Of a stretch of DNA of 52,000 nt, positions 25,097 to 39,077 are shown one piece after another. The stretch's first letter is position 1, and the number at the start of each line of letters is the position of its first letter. This DNA is from Eledone cirrhosa. Lineage: Eukaryota. The position numbers and the translations under genes were made by a program. The DNA is taken from NCBI GenBank assembly GCA_964016885.1, contig CAXHJY010001101.1, positions 1-52,000 on the forward strand. The letters run 5' to 3'. Below the pieces are notes generated by a model. The model was not told the DNA's origin. It made no database searches and was given only the letters and a program-made list of their open reading frames with translations.

Positions 25097-25542
25097 AATT
25101 AACCGTGAGAGACACTAAAGACACACACACAAATCTCAATTTGCGTTATTCATCGATCTGCTGGAAACAACGTTGATATTTGTCTCAACTAACAGCCTCT
25201 CTCCTGGAAGAAGGAAAAAAACGGTGATAAATACTTTTCTGCAAGTTTGTGTTAGTAGTTAATGCTAACACCAAATGTTGAATTATTTCCCTTGATTAAT
25301 ACAAGATAGTAGATTTGAAGGCGTAAGTAAAGATAGTTTAGTTGTTAAATTGATAAAGTTTGTATAAAGAAGAATAACTTTGAAAGTAAAGAGTAGTGAA
25401 TAAGTGTATAAATAAAATAATTTGCAAGTTGTATTGTTTTTTGTAGTGTGGAATTAAATTTTCAGTAGTTGCTGATGGTATAAAGTCAGTAGATCTTTTG
25501 TAAGTATAATGTTATATGAAGAAAGTGATTATGGTGTCTAGC

Positions 25543-25706
25543 ATACTTACCTGGCACAGGGGTTAACCATGATCCGCTAGGTGGTTCTCCCAGAGTGAGG
25601 CTCTTCCATTGCACTGCGGTTGGGTTGACCTTAGCGATCGCCCCAAATGTGGGCGACTCGGGTGCGCTATTTCTAAGTGTGGGGTCTGCGTTCGCGCTCA
25701 CCCCGT
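25543..25706 (+). ncRNA. U1: U1 snRNA, copy 10 (T91A variant)
   Basis: As copy 1 except GACCTTAGCG instead of GACCTTTGCG (T>A at 25633). Confidence 0.95.
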
Positions 25707-26912
25707 AAAATAATCAAAAAGACAGACTTTTTACCATTATTAAATTATAATTATCTTTCTCTATTCTTTCACACAATCAACTTTACACATTCTCTCATAC
25801 AACCTAACTTTTCAGATTTATTTCTTTTACAAACTCCCTCATACAACCTTTTCCTATTCATGCAATCCTCACCTAACTCTTCTCTGCACTCTCAACTCTT
25901 GCCCACGCCGGCATATCATACACTAACACACCATTTCACCGGCTCTTGCCTACCTCTTCCAACACACATGCATCGTCCCTTCTATTTTCAATTAACAACA
26001 ACTACCTTCATTCTATTTCAATTCAGCCGCAATCACTCTTACCTTTCACACTTCTCTTCCAACATACACCCAACCGTCTATCGTGTATCTGAGTAATTAA
26101 CCTCATAGAAACAACACTTAAATTTACCTCCTCTCACACATAACCTACATTATATGGAGAAAGATATCTGCCATTTTCACTCTTAGTATATCTTTCATCA
26201 TACCACTGGCCAGCTAAATCATAACTTCCATCTTCCGACGGAGAAGACGCTCCTATCAGAAGAAATCATCAGGCTAGATCCAGAAACGATCTTATCTTAT
26301 TTGTCGTCTAACCTTCGGTCTCACGCCAGTTGGATTTACCCGTATTATCTCTCTAGTCATTCTTTTCTTATACATTCTAAACACACCTTCCTACTACCAG
26401 AGTGGTGATCTTCCGATTCAGAAAATTCGCTGCTCTACCTGTACCCACTCCCTCATCTCCAAGCTACACATCCAATCGACCAAGCTTATTCCAAACGCTT
26501 GTAAATCTACATTTACAAATCAATACAACAAACAATTTACTTCAGCGAACACACACAGACATATATTACTAGCAAATCACTTATATATGGAACTTGTGAG
26601 CATGTGATATCTCTAAAAGGTCGCATCTTGAACTCAATCAAACAATCTAGCCTATACTAATATGGAAAGAGGACGTGCAATGATGATATGGATTTTTAGG
26701 CTTTTCTTAAGCACAGAGATTGTTTTAGTGTCACTTGCATTTAAAATTTAATTATCTTTATTATCCACTTCTCAGTAGTGAGAACTTGATAAATATTTAT
26801 TACAACAGTTAAACCAACTTCATTAAAGTATTATGTTGCTGTAGGTGTGTGTATAACATGCAACTAGATAAACTCTGATATAGTAGATAGATTCTTGTGA
26901 AATATCTATATA

Positions 26913-27736
26913 CAAGTGCACCACCATGCATTTTGGGAGTAAAAACCCAGCGTCCACATACTCCCTCCACAGCACTAATATCAAGAAGTCTTCTTGTGAA
27001 CGTGACCTGGACATTGCGGTCAGCAGCGATTTGCGTTGGACGAAGCACGTCTCTAAAATTGTCAAGAGGGCCGAGGGTGTCTTAACATCACTCAGTAAGA
27101 CCTTTGTCAGCCGCTCTCCTGCTATCTATTTAAGGCTGTACATGGCTATGGTGCGGCCACACTTAGAATTTGCATCACCAGTCTGGGACCCCTAGCTTGC
27201 TCAGAACATTGACCGCCTGGAAACTGTTCAGAGACGTGCAACCAAGCGAATACCCTCCATCAGGCATCTACCATACTCTGAGCGCCTTGCTTCCCTGGGC
27301 ATGGATACATTGAAGCTCCGACGCCTGGCAACTGACTTGGTAAACACCGACAAAATTGTTAACCATCTTGCCAACAACAACCCTGAGTAGCTTTTTGATT
27401 TCCATGTGTCTAACACACGTGGGCATGCCCACAAAGTCTGAAAACAGTACAGTTCCCATGACTTTCGGAAACATTTTTTCACGCTCAGAGTTGCTGAAGC
27501 ATGTAAAAAACTACCTGCATCGGTTGTTAGCTGTCGAGACACTGCATCCTTTAAGGCCTCCATGCTTCCCGAGATTCGCCAACACTACACCTAATGTCGC
27601 CCCCTCCCTGCCTCATACACACATATATATCATGACTCATACACTATTCACTTCCCTGACATTTGTGTTTTATTCTATGTACTATACATGCACCTTTGAC
27701 GAGTTGTAGTGCACCTGAGCACTTTACACAATAATT

Positions 27737-27768
<32 letters not shown>
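26913..27768 (+). mobile_element. CR1-clade LINE 3' fragment, copy 11 (+1 ATT)
   Basis: Near-identical to copy 1; tail is 3 bp longer. Confidence 0.9.
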
Positions 27769-27773
<5 letters not shown>

Positions 27774-28219
27774 AATTAACCGTGAGAGACACTAAAGACA
27801 CACACACAAATCTCAATTTGCGTTATTCATCGATCTGCTGGAAACAACGTTGATATTTGTCTCAACTAACAGCCTCTCTCCTGGAAGAAGGAAAAAAACG
27901 GTGATAAATACTTTTCTGCAAGTTTGTGTTAGTAGTTAATGCTAACACCAAATGTTGAATTATTTCCCTTGATTAATACAAGATAGTAGATTTGAAGGCG
28001 TAAGTAAAGATAGTTTAGTTGTTAAATTGATAAAGTTTGTATAAAGAAGAATAACTTTGAAAGTAAAGAGTAGTGAATAAGTGTATAAATAAAATAATTT
28101 GCAAGTTGTATTGTTTTTTGTAGTGTGGAATTAAATTTTCAGTAGTTGCTGATGGTATAAAGTCAGTAGATCTTTTGTAAGTATAATGTTATATGAAGAA
28201 AGTGATTATGGTGTCTAGC

Positions 28220-28383
28220 ATACTTACCTGGCACAGGGGTTAACCATGATCCGCTAGGTGGTTCTCCCAGAGTGAGGCTCTTCCATTGCACTGCGGTTGG
28301 GTTGACCTTTGCGATCGCCCCAAATGTGGGCGACTCGGGTGCGCTATTTCTAAGTGTGGGGTCTGCGTTCGCGCTCACCCCGT
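28220..28383 (+). ncRNA. U1: U1 snRNA, copy 11
   Basis: Same sequence as copy 1. Confidence 0.97.
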
Positions 28384-29589
28384 AAAATAATCAAAAAGAC
28401 AGACTTTTTACCATTATTAAATTATAATTATCTTTCTCTATTCTTTCACACAATCAACTTTACACATTCTCTCATACAACCTAACTTTTCAGATTTATTT
28501 CTTTTACAAACTCCCTCATACAACCTTTTCCTATTCATGCAATCCTCACCTAACTCTTCTCTGCACTCTCAACTCTTGCCCACGCCGGCATATCATACAC
28601 TAACACACCATTTCACCGGCTCTTGCCTACCTCTTCCAACACACATGCATCGTCCCTTCTATTTTCAATTAACAACAACTACCTTCATTCTATTTCAATT
28701 CAGCCGCAATCACTCTTACCTTTCACACTTCTCTTCCAACATACACCCAACCGTCTATCGTGTATCTGAGTAATTAACCTCATAGAAACAACACTTAAAT
28801 TTACCTCCTCTCACACATAACCTACATTATATGGAGAAAGATATCTGCCATTTTCACTCTTAGTATATCTTTCATCATACCACTGGCCAGCTAAATCATA
28901 ACTTCCATCTTCCGACGGAGAAGACGCTCCTATCAGAAGAAATCATCAGGCTAGATCCAGAAACGATCTTATCTTATTTGTCGTCTAACCTTCGGTCTCA
29001 CGCCAGTTGGATTTACCCGTATTATCTCTCTAGTCATTCTTTTCTTATACATTCTAAACACACCTTCCTACTACCAGAGTGGTGATCTTCCGATTCAGAA
29101 AATTCGCTGCTCTACCTGTACCCACTCCCTCATCTCCAAGCTACACATCCAATCGACCAAGCTTATTCCAAACGCTTGTAAATCTACATTTACAAATCAA
29201 TACAACAAACAATTTACTTCAGCGAACACACACAGACATATATTACTAGCAAATCACTTATATATGGAACTTGTGAGCATGTGATATCTCTAAAAGGTCG
29301 CATCTTGAACTCAATCAAACAATCTAGCCTATACTAATATGGAAAGAGGACGTGCAATGATGATATGGATTTTTAGGCTTTTCTTAAGCACAGAGATTGT
29401 TTTAGTGTCACTTGCATTTAAAATTTAATTATCTTTATTATCCACTTCTCAGTAGTGAGAACTTGATAAATATTTATTACAACAGTTAAACCAACTTCAT
29501 TAAAGTATTATGTTGCTGTAGGTGTGTGTATAACATGCAACTAGATAAACTCTGATATAGTAGATAGATTCTTGTGAAATATCTATATA

Positions 29590-30413
29590 CAAGTGCACCA
29601 CCATGCATTTTGGGAGTAAAAACCCAGCGTCCACATACTCCCTCCACAGCACTAATATCAAGAAGTCTTCTTGTGAACGTGACCTGGACATTGCGGTCAG
29701 CAGCGATTTGCGTTGGACGAAGCACGTCTCTAAAATTGTCAAGAGGGCCGAGGGTGTCTTAACATCACTCAGTAAGACCTTTGTCAGCCGCTCTCCTGCT
29801 ATCTATTTAAGGCTGTACATGGCTATGGTGCGGCCACACTTAGAATTTGCATCACCAGTCTGGGACCCCTAGCTTGCTCAGAACATTGACCGCCTGGAAA
29901 CTGTTCAGAGACGTGCAACCAAGCGAATACCCTCCATCAGGCATCTACCATACTCTGAGCGCCTTGCTTCCCTGGGCATGGATACATTGAAGCTCCGACG
30001 CCTGGCAACTGACTTGGTAAACACCGACAAAATTGTTAACCATCTTGCCAACAACAACCCTGAGTAGCTTTTTGATTTCCATGTGTCTAACACACGTGGG
30101 CATGCCCACAAAGTCTGAAAACAGTACAGTTCCCATAACTTTCGGAAACATTTTTTCACGCTCAGAGTTGCTGAAGCATGTAACAAACTACCTGCATCGG
30201 TTGTTAGCTGTCGAGACACTGCATCCTTTAAGGCCTCCATGCTTCCCGAGATTCGCCAACACTACACCTAATGTCGCCCCCTCCCTGCCTCATACACACA
30301 TATATATCATGACTCATACACTATTCACTTCCCTGACATTTGTGTTTTATTCTATGTACTATACATGCACCTTTGACGAGTTGTAGTGCACCTGAGCACT
30401 TTACACAATAATT

Positions 30414-30442
<29 letters not shown>
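29590..30442 (+). mobile_element. CR1-clade LINE 3' fragment, copy 12
   Basis: Near-identical to copy 1. Confidence 0.9.
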
Positions 30443-30447
<5 letters not shown>

Positions 30448-30893
30448 AATTAACCGTGAGAGACACTAAAGACACACACACAAATCTCAATTTGCGTTAT
30501 TCATCGATCTGCTGGAAACAACGTTGATATTTGTCTCAACTAACAGCCTCTCTCCTGGAAGAAGGAAAAAAACGGTGATAAATACTTTTCTGCAAGTTTG
30601 TGTTAGTAGTTAATGCTAACACCAAATGTTGAATTATTTCCCTTGATTAATACAAGATAGTAGATTTGAAGGCGTAAGTAAAGATAGTTTAGTTGTTAAA
30701 TTGATAAAGTTTGTATAAAGAAGAATAACTTTGAAAGTAAAGAGTAGTGAATAAGTGTATAAATAAAATAATTTGCAAGTTGTATTGTTTTTTGTATTGT
30801 GGAATTAAATTTTCAGTAGTTGCTGATGGTATAAAGTCAGTAGATCTTTTGTAAGTATAATGTTATATGAAGAAAGTGATTATGGTGTCTAGC

Positions 30894-31057
30894 ATACTTA
30901 CCTGGCACAGGGGTTAACCATGATCCGCTAGGTGGTTCTCCCAGAGTGAGGCTCTTCCATTGCACTGCGGTTGGGTTGACCTTTGCGATCGCCCCAAATG
31001 TGGGCGACTCGGGTGCGCTATTTCTAAGTGTGGGGTCTGCGTTCGCGCTCACCCCGT
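30894..31057 (+). ncRNA. U1: U1 snRNA, copy 12
   Basis: Same sequence as copy 1. Confidence 0.97.
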
Positions 31058-32263
31058 AAAATAATCAAAAAGACAGACTTTTTACCATTATTAAATTATA
31101 ATTATCTTTCTCTATTCTTTCACACAATCAACTTTACACATTCTCTCATACAACCTAACTTTTCAGATTTATTTCTTTTACAAACTCCCTCATACAACCT
31201 TTTCCTATTCATTCAATCCTCACCTAACTCTTCTCTGCACTCTCAACTCTTGCCCACGCCGGCATATCATACACTAGCACACCATTTCACCGGCTCTTGC
31301 CTACCTCTTCCAACACACATGCATCGTCCCTTCTATTTTCAATTAACAACAACTACCTTCATTCTATTTCAATTCAGCCGCAATCACTCTTACCTTTCAC
31401 ACTTCTCTTCCAACATACACCCAACCGTCTATCGTGTATCTGAGTAATTAACCTCATAGAAACAACACTTAAATTTACCTCCTCTCACACATAACCTACA
31501 TTATATGGAGAAAGATATCTGCCATTTTCACTCTTAGTATATCTTTCATCATACCACTGGCCAGCTAAATCATAACTTCCATCTTCCGACGGAGAAGACG
31601 CTCCTATCAGAAGAAATCATCAGGCTAGATCCAGAAACGATCTTATCTTATTTGTCGTCTAACCTTCGGTCTCACGCCAGTTGGATTTACCCGTATTATC
31701 TCTCTAGTCATTCTTTTCTTATACATTCTAAACACACCTTCCTACTACCAGAGTGGTGATCTTCCGATTCAGAAAATTCGCTGCTCTACCTGTACCCACT
31801 CCCTCATCTCCAAGCTACACATCCAATCGACCAAGCTTATTCCAAACGCTTGTAAATCTACATTTACAAATCAATACAACAAACAATTTACTTCAGCGAA
31901 CACACACAGACATATATTACTAGCAAATCACTTATATATGGAACTTGTGAGCATGTGATATCTCTAAAAGGTCGCATCTTGAACTCAATCAAACAATCTA
32001 GCCTATACTAATATGGAAAGAGGACGTGCAATGATGATATGGATTTTTAGGCTTTTCTTAAGCACAGAGATTGTTTTAGTGTCACTTGCATTTAAAATTT
32101 AATTATCTTTATTATCCACTTCTCAGTAGTGAGAACTTGATAAATATTTATTACAACAGTTAAACCAACTTCATTAAAGTATTATGTTGCTGTAGGTGTG
32201 TGTATAACATGCAACTAGATAAACTCTGATATAGTAGATAGATTCTTGTGAAATATCTATATA

Positions 32264-33087
32264 CAAGTGCACCACCATGCATTTTGGGAGTAAAAACCCA
32301 GCGTCCACATACTCCCTCCACAGCACTAATATCAAGAAGTCTTCTTGTGAACGTGACCTGGACATTGCGGTCAGCAGCGATTTGCGTTGGACGAAGCACG
32401 TCTCTAAAATTGTCAAGAGGGCCGAGGGTGTCTTAACATCACTCAGTAAGACCTTTGTCAGCCGCTCTCCTGCTATCTATTTAAGGCTGTACATGGCTAT
32501 GGTGCGGCCACACTTAGAATTTGCATCACCAGTCTGGGACCCCTAGCTTGCTCAGAACATTGACCGCCTGGAAACTGTTCAGAGACGTGCAACCAAGCGA
32601 ATACCCTCCATCAGGCATCTACCATACTCTGAGCGCCTTGCTTCCCTGGGCATGGATACATTGAAGCTCCGGCGCCTGGCAACTGACTTGGTAAACACCG
32701 ACAAAATTGTTAACCATCTTGCCAACAACAACCCTGAGTAGCTTTTTGATTTCCATGTGTCTAACACACGTGGGCATGCCCACAAAGTCTGAAAACAGTA
32801 CAGTTCCCATGACTTTCGGAAACATTTTTTCACGCTCAGAGTTGCTGAAGCATGTAAAAAACTACCTGCATCGGTTGTTAGCTGTCGAGACACTGCATCC
32901 TTTAAGGCCTCCATGCTTCCCGAGATTCGCCAACACTACACCTAATGTCGCCCCCTCCCTGCCTCATACACACATATATATCATGACTCATACACTATTC
33001 ACTTCCCTGACATTTGTGTTTTATTCTATGTACTATACATGCACCTTTGACGAGTTGTAGTGCACCTGAGCACTTTACACAATAATT

Positions 33088-33116
<29 letters not shown>
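32264..33116 (+). mobile_element. CR1-clade LINE 3' fragment, copy 13
   Basis: Near-identical to copy 1. Confidence 0.9.
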
Positions 33117-33121
<5 letters not shown>

Positions 33122-33566
33122 AATTAACCGTGAGAGACACTAAAGACACACACACAAATCTCAATTTGCGTTATTCATCGATCTGCTGGAAACAACGTTG
33201 ATATTTGTCTCAACTAACAGCCTCTCTCCTGGAAGAAGGAAAAAACGGTGATAAATACTTTTCTGCAAGTTTGTGTTAGTAGTTAATGCTAACACCAAAT
33301 GTTGAATTATTTCCCTTGATTAATACAAGATAGTAGATTTGAAGGCGTAAGTAAAGATAGTTTAGTTGTTAAATTGATAAAGTTTGTATAAAGAAGAATA
33401 ACTTTGAAAGTAAAGAGTAGTGAATAAGTGTATAAATAAAATAATTTGCAAGTTGTATTGTTTTTTGTATTGTGGAATTAAATTTTCAGTAGTTGCTGAT
33501 GGTATAAAGTCAGTAGATCTTTTGTAAGTATAATGTTATATGAAGAAAGTGATTATGGTGTCTAGC

Positions 33567-33730
33567 ATACTTACCTGGCACAGGGGTTAACCATGATCCG
33601 CTAGGTGGTTCTCCCAGAGTGAGGCTCTTCCATTGCACTGCGGTTGGGTTGACCTTTGCGATCGCCCCAAATGTGGGCGACTCGGGTGCGCTATTTCTAA
33701 GTGTGGGGTCTGCGTTCGCGCTCACCCCGT
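33567..33730 (+). ncRNA. U1: U1 snRNA, copy 13
   Basis: Same sequence as copy 1. Confidence 0.97.
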
Positions 33731-34936
33731 AAAATAATCAAAAAGACAGACTTTTTACCATTATTAAATTATAATTATCTTTCTCTATTCTTTCACACAA
33801 TCAACTTTACACATTCTCTCATACAACCTAACTTTTCAGATTTATTTCTTTTACAAACTCCCTCATACAACCTTTTCCTATTCATGCAATCCTCACCTAA
33901 CTCTTCTCTGCACTCTCAACTCTTGCCCACGCCGGCATATCATACACTAACACACCATTTCACCGGCTCTTGCCTACCTCTTCCAACACACATGCATCGT
34001 CCCTTCTATTTTCAATTAACAACAACTACCTTCATTCTATTTCAATTCAGCCGCAATCACTCTTACCTTTCACACTTCTCTTCCAACATACACCCAACCG
34101 TCTATCGTGTATCTGAGTAATTAACCTCATAGAAACAACACTTAAATTTACCTCCTCTCACACATAACCTACATTATATGGAGAAAGATATCTGCCATTT
34201 TCACTCTTAGTATATCTTTCATCATACCACTGGCCAGCTAAATCATAACTTCCATCTTCCGACGGAGAAGACGCTCCTATCAGAAGAAATCATCAGGCTA
34301 GATCCAGAAACGATCTTATCTTATTTGTCGTCTAACCTTCGGTCTCACGCCAGTTGGATTTACCCGTATTATCTCTCTAGTCATTCTTTTCTTATACATT
34401 CTAAACACACCTTCCTACTACCAGAGTGGTGATCTTCCGATTCAGAAAATTCGCTGCTCTACCTGTACCCACTCCCTCATCTCCAAGCTACACATCCAAT
34501 CGACCAAGCTTATTCCAAACGCTTGTAAATCTACATTTACAAATCAATACAACAAACAATTTACTTCAGCGAACACACACAGACATATATTACTAGCAAA
34601 TCACTTATATATGGAACTTGTGAGCATGTGATATCTCTAAAAGGTCGCATCTTGAACTCAATCAAACAATCTAGCCTATACTAATATGGAAAGAGGACGT
34701 GCAATGATGATATGGATTTTTAGGCTTTTCTTAAGCACAGAGATTGTTTTAGTGTCACTTGCATTTAAAATTTAATTATCTTTATTATCCACTTCTCAGT
34801 AGTGAGAACTTGATAAATATTTATTACAACAGTTAAACCAACTTCATTAAAGTATTATGTTGCTGTAGGTGTGTGTATAACATGCAACTAGATAAACTCT
34901 GATATAGTAGATAGATTCTTGTGAAATATCTATATA

Positions 34937-35760
34937 CAAGTGCACCACCATGCATTTTGGGAGTAAAAACCCAGCGTCCACATACTCCCTCCACAGCACT
35001 AATATCAAGAAGTCTTCTTGTGAACGTGACCTGGACATTGCGGTCAGCAGCGATTTGCGTTGGACGAAGCACGTCTCTAAAATTGTCAAGAGGGCCGAGG
35101 GTGTCTTAACATCACTCAGTAAGACCTTTGTCAGCCGCTCTCCTGCTATCTATTTAAGGCTGTACATGGCTATGGTGCGGCCACACTTAGAATTTGCATC
35201 ACCAGTCTGGGACCCCTAGCTTGCTCAGAACATTGACCGCCTGGAAACTGTTCAGAGACGTGCAACCAAGCGAATACCCTCCATCAGGCATCTACCATAC
35301 TCTGAGCGCCTTGCTTCCCTGGGCATGGATACATTGAAGCTCCGACGCCTGGCAACTGACTTGGTAAACACCGACAAAATTGTTAACCATCTTGCCAACA
35401 ACAACCCTGAGTAGCTTTTTGATTTCCATGTGTCTAACACACGTGGGCATGCCCACAAAGTCTGAAAACAGTACAGTTCCCATGACTTTCGGAAACATTT
35501 TTTCACGCTCAGAGTTGCTGAAGCATGTAAAAAACTACCTGCATCGGTTGTTAGCTGTCGAGACACTGCATCCTTTAAGGCCTCCATGCTTCCCGAGATT
35601 CGCCAACACTACACCTAATGTCGCCCCCTCCCTGCCTCATACACACATATATATCATGACTCATACACTATTCACTTCCCTGACATTTGTGTTTTATTCT
35701 ATGTACTATACATGCACCTTTGACGAGTTGTAGTGCACCTGAGCACTTTACACAATAATT

Positions 35761-35789
<29 letters not shown>
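34937..35789 (+). mobile_element. CR1-clade LINE 3' fragment, copy 14
   Basis: Near-identical to copy 1. Confidence 0.9.
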
Positions 35790-35794
<5 letters not shown>

Positions 35795-36239
35795 AATTAA
35801 CCGTGAGAGACACTAAAGACACACACACAAATCTCAATTTGCGTTATTCATCGATCTGCTGGAAACAACGTTGATATTTGTCTCAACTAACAGCCTCTCT
35901 CCTGGAAGAAGGAAAAAACGGTGATAAATACTTTTCTGCAAGTTTGTGTTAGTAGTTAATGCTAACACCAAATGTTGAATTATTTCCCTTGATTAATACA
36001 AGATAGTAGATTTGAAGGCGTAAGTAAAGATAGTTTAGTTGTTAAATTGATAAAGTTTGTATAAAGAAGAATAACTTTGAAAGTAAAGAGTAGTGAATAA
36101 GTGTATAAATAAAATAATTTGCAAGTTGTATTGTTTTTTGTATTGTGGAATTAAATTTTCAGTAGTTGCTGATGGTATAAAGTCAGTAGATCTTTTGTAA
36201 GTATAATGTTATATGAAGAAAGTGATTATGGTGTCTAGC

Positions 36240-36403
36240 ATACTTACCTGGCACAGGGGTTAACCATGATCCGCTAGGTGGTTCTCCCAGAGTGAGGCTC
36301 TTCCATTGCACTGCGGTTGGGTTGACCTTTGCGATCGCCCCAAATGTGGGCGACTCGGGTGCGCTATTTCTAAGTGTGGGGTCTGCGTTCGCGCTCACCC
36401 CGT
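36240..36403 (+). ncRNA. U1: U1 snRNA, copy 14
   Basis: Same sequence as copy 1. Confidence 0.97.
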
Positions 36404-37609
36404 AAAATAATCAAAAAGACAGACTTTTTACCATTATTAAATTATAATTATCTTTCTCTATTCTTTCACACAATCAACTTTACACATTCTCTCATACAAC
36501 CTAACTTTTCAGATTTATTTCTTTTACAAACTCCCTCATACAACCTTTTCCTATTCATGCAATCCTCACCTAACTCTTCTCTGCACTCTCAACTCTTGCC
36601 CACGCCGGCATATCATATACTAGCACACCATTTCACCGGCTCTTGCCTACCTCTTCCAACACACATGCATCGTCCCTTCTATTTTCAATTAACAACAACT
36701 ACCTTCATTCTATTTCAATTCAGCCGCAATCACTCTTACCTTTCACACTTCTCTTCCAACATACACCCAACCGTCTATCGTGTATCTGAGTAATTAACCT
36801 CATAGAAACAACACTTAAATTTACCTCCTCTCACACATAACCTACATTATATGGAGAAAGATATCTGCCATTTTCACTCTTAGTATATCTTTCATCATAC
36901 CACTGGCCAGCTAAATCATAACTTCCATCTTCCGACGGAGAAGACGCTCCTATCAGAAGAAATCATCAGGCTAGATCCAGAAACGATCTTATCTTATTTG
37001 TCGTCTAACCTTCGGTCTCACGCCAGTTGGATTTACCCGTATTATCTCTCTAGTCATTCTTTTCTTATACATTCTAAACACACCTTCCTACTACCAGAGT
37101 GGTGATCTTCCGATTCAGAAAATTCGCTGCTCTACCTGTACCCACTCCCTCATCTCCAAGCTACACATCCAATCGACCAAGCTTATTCCAAACGCTTGTA
37201 AATCTACATTTACAAATCAATACAACAAACAATTTACTTCAGCGAACACACACAGACATATATTACTAGCAAATCACTTATATATGGAACTTGTGAGCAT
37301 GTGATATCTCTAAAAGGTCGCATCTTGAACTCAATCAAACAATCTAGCCTATACTAATATGGAAAGAGGACGTGCAATGATGATATGGATTTTTAGGCTT
37401 TTCTTAAGCACAGAGATTGTTTTAGTGTCACTTGCATTTAAAATTTAATTATCTTTATTATCCACTTCTCAGTAGTGAGAACTTGATAAATATTTATTAC
37501 AACAGTTAAACCAACTTCATTAAAGTATTATGTTGCTGTAGGTGTGTGTATAACATGCAACTAGATAAACTCTGATATAGTAGATAGATTCTTGTGAAAT
37601 ATCTATATA

Positions 37610-38433
37610 CAAGTGCACCACCATGCATTTTGGGAGTAAAAACCCAGCGTCCACATACTCCCTCCACAGCACTAATATCAAGAAGTCTTCTTGTGAACGT
37701 GACCTGGACATTGCGGTCAGCAGCGATTTGCGTTGGACGAAGCACGTCTCTAAAATTGTCAAGAGGGCCGAGGGTGTCTTAACATCACTCAGTAAGACCT
37801 TTGTCAGCCGCTCTCCTGCTATCTATTTAAGGCTGTACATGGCTATGGTGCGGCCACACTTAGAATTTGCATCACCAGTCTGGGACCCCTAGCTTGCTCA
37901 GAACATTGACCGCCTGGAAACTGTTCAGAGACGTGCAACCAAGCGAATACCCTCCATCAGGCATCTACCATACTCTGAGCGCCTTGCTTCCCTGGGCATG
38001 GATACATTGAAGCTCCGACGCCTGGCAACTGACTTGGTAAACACCGACAAAATTGTTAACCATCTTGCCAACAACAACCCTGAGTAGCTTTTTGATTTCC
38101 ATGTGTCTAACACACGTGGGCATGCCCACAAAGTCTGAAAACAGTACAGTTCCCATGACTTTCGGAAACATTTTTTCACGCTCAGAGTTGCTGAAGCATG
38201 TAAAAAACTACCTGCATCGGTTGTTAGCTGTCGAGACACTGCATCCTTTAAGGCCTCCATGCTTCCCGAGATTCGCCAACACTACACCTAATGTCGCCCC
38301 CTCCCTGCCTCATACACACATATATATCATGACTCATACACTATTCACTTCCCTGACATTTGTGTTTTATTCTATGTACTATACATGCACCTTTGACGAG
38401 TTGTAGTGCACCTGAGCACTTTACACAATAATT

Positions 38434-38462
<29 letters not shown>
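37610..38462 (+). mobile_element. CR1-clade LINE 3' fragment, copy 15
   Basis: Near-identical to copy 1. Confidence 0.9.
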
Positions 38463-38467
<5 letters not shown>

Positions 38468-38913
38468 AATTAACCGTGAGAGACACTAAAGACACACACA
38501 CAAATCTCAATTTGCGTTATTCATCGATCTGCTGGAAACAACGTTGATATTTGTCTCAACTAACAGCCTCTCTCCTGGAAGAAGGAAAAAAACGGTGATA
38601 AATACTTTTCTGCAAGTTTGTGTTAGTAGTTAATGCTAACACCAAATGTTGAATTATTTCCCTTGATTAATACAAGATAGTAGATTTGAAGGCGTAAGTA
38701 AAGATAGTTTAGTTGTTAAATTGATAAAGTTTGTATAAAGAAGAATAACTTTGAAAGTAAAGAGTAGTGAATAAGTGTATAAATAAAATAATTTGCAAGT
38801 TGTATTGTTTTTTGTATTGTGGAATTAAATTTTCAGTAGTTGCTGATGGTATAAAGTCAGTAGATCTTTTGTAAGTATAATGTTATATGAAGAAAGTGAT
38901 TATGGTGTCTAGC

Positions 38914-39077
38914 ATACTTACCTGGCACAGGGGTTAACCATGATCCGCTAGGTGGTTCTCCCAGAGTGAGGCTCTTCCATTGCACTGCGGTTGGGTTGAC
39001 CTTTGCGATCGCCCCAAATGTGGGCGACTCGGGTGCGCTATTTCTAAGTGTGGGGTCTGCGTTCGCGCTCACCCCGT
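38914..39077 (+). ncRNA. U1: U1 snRNA, copy 15
   Basis: Same sequence as copy 1. Confidence 0.97.
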
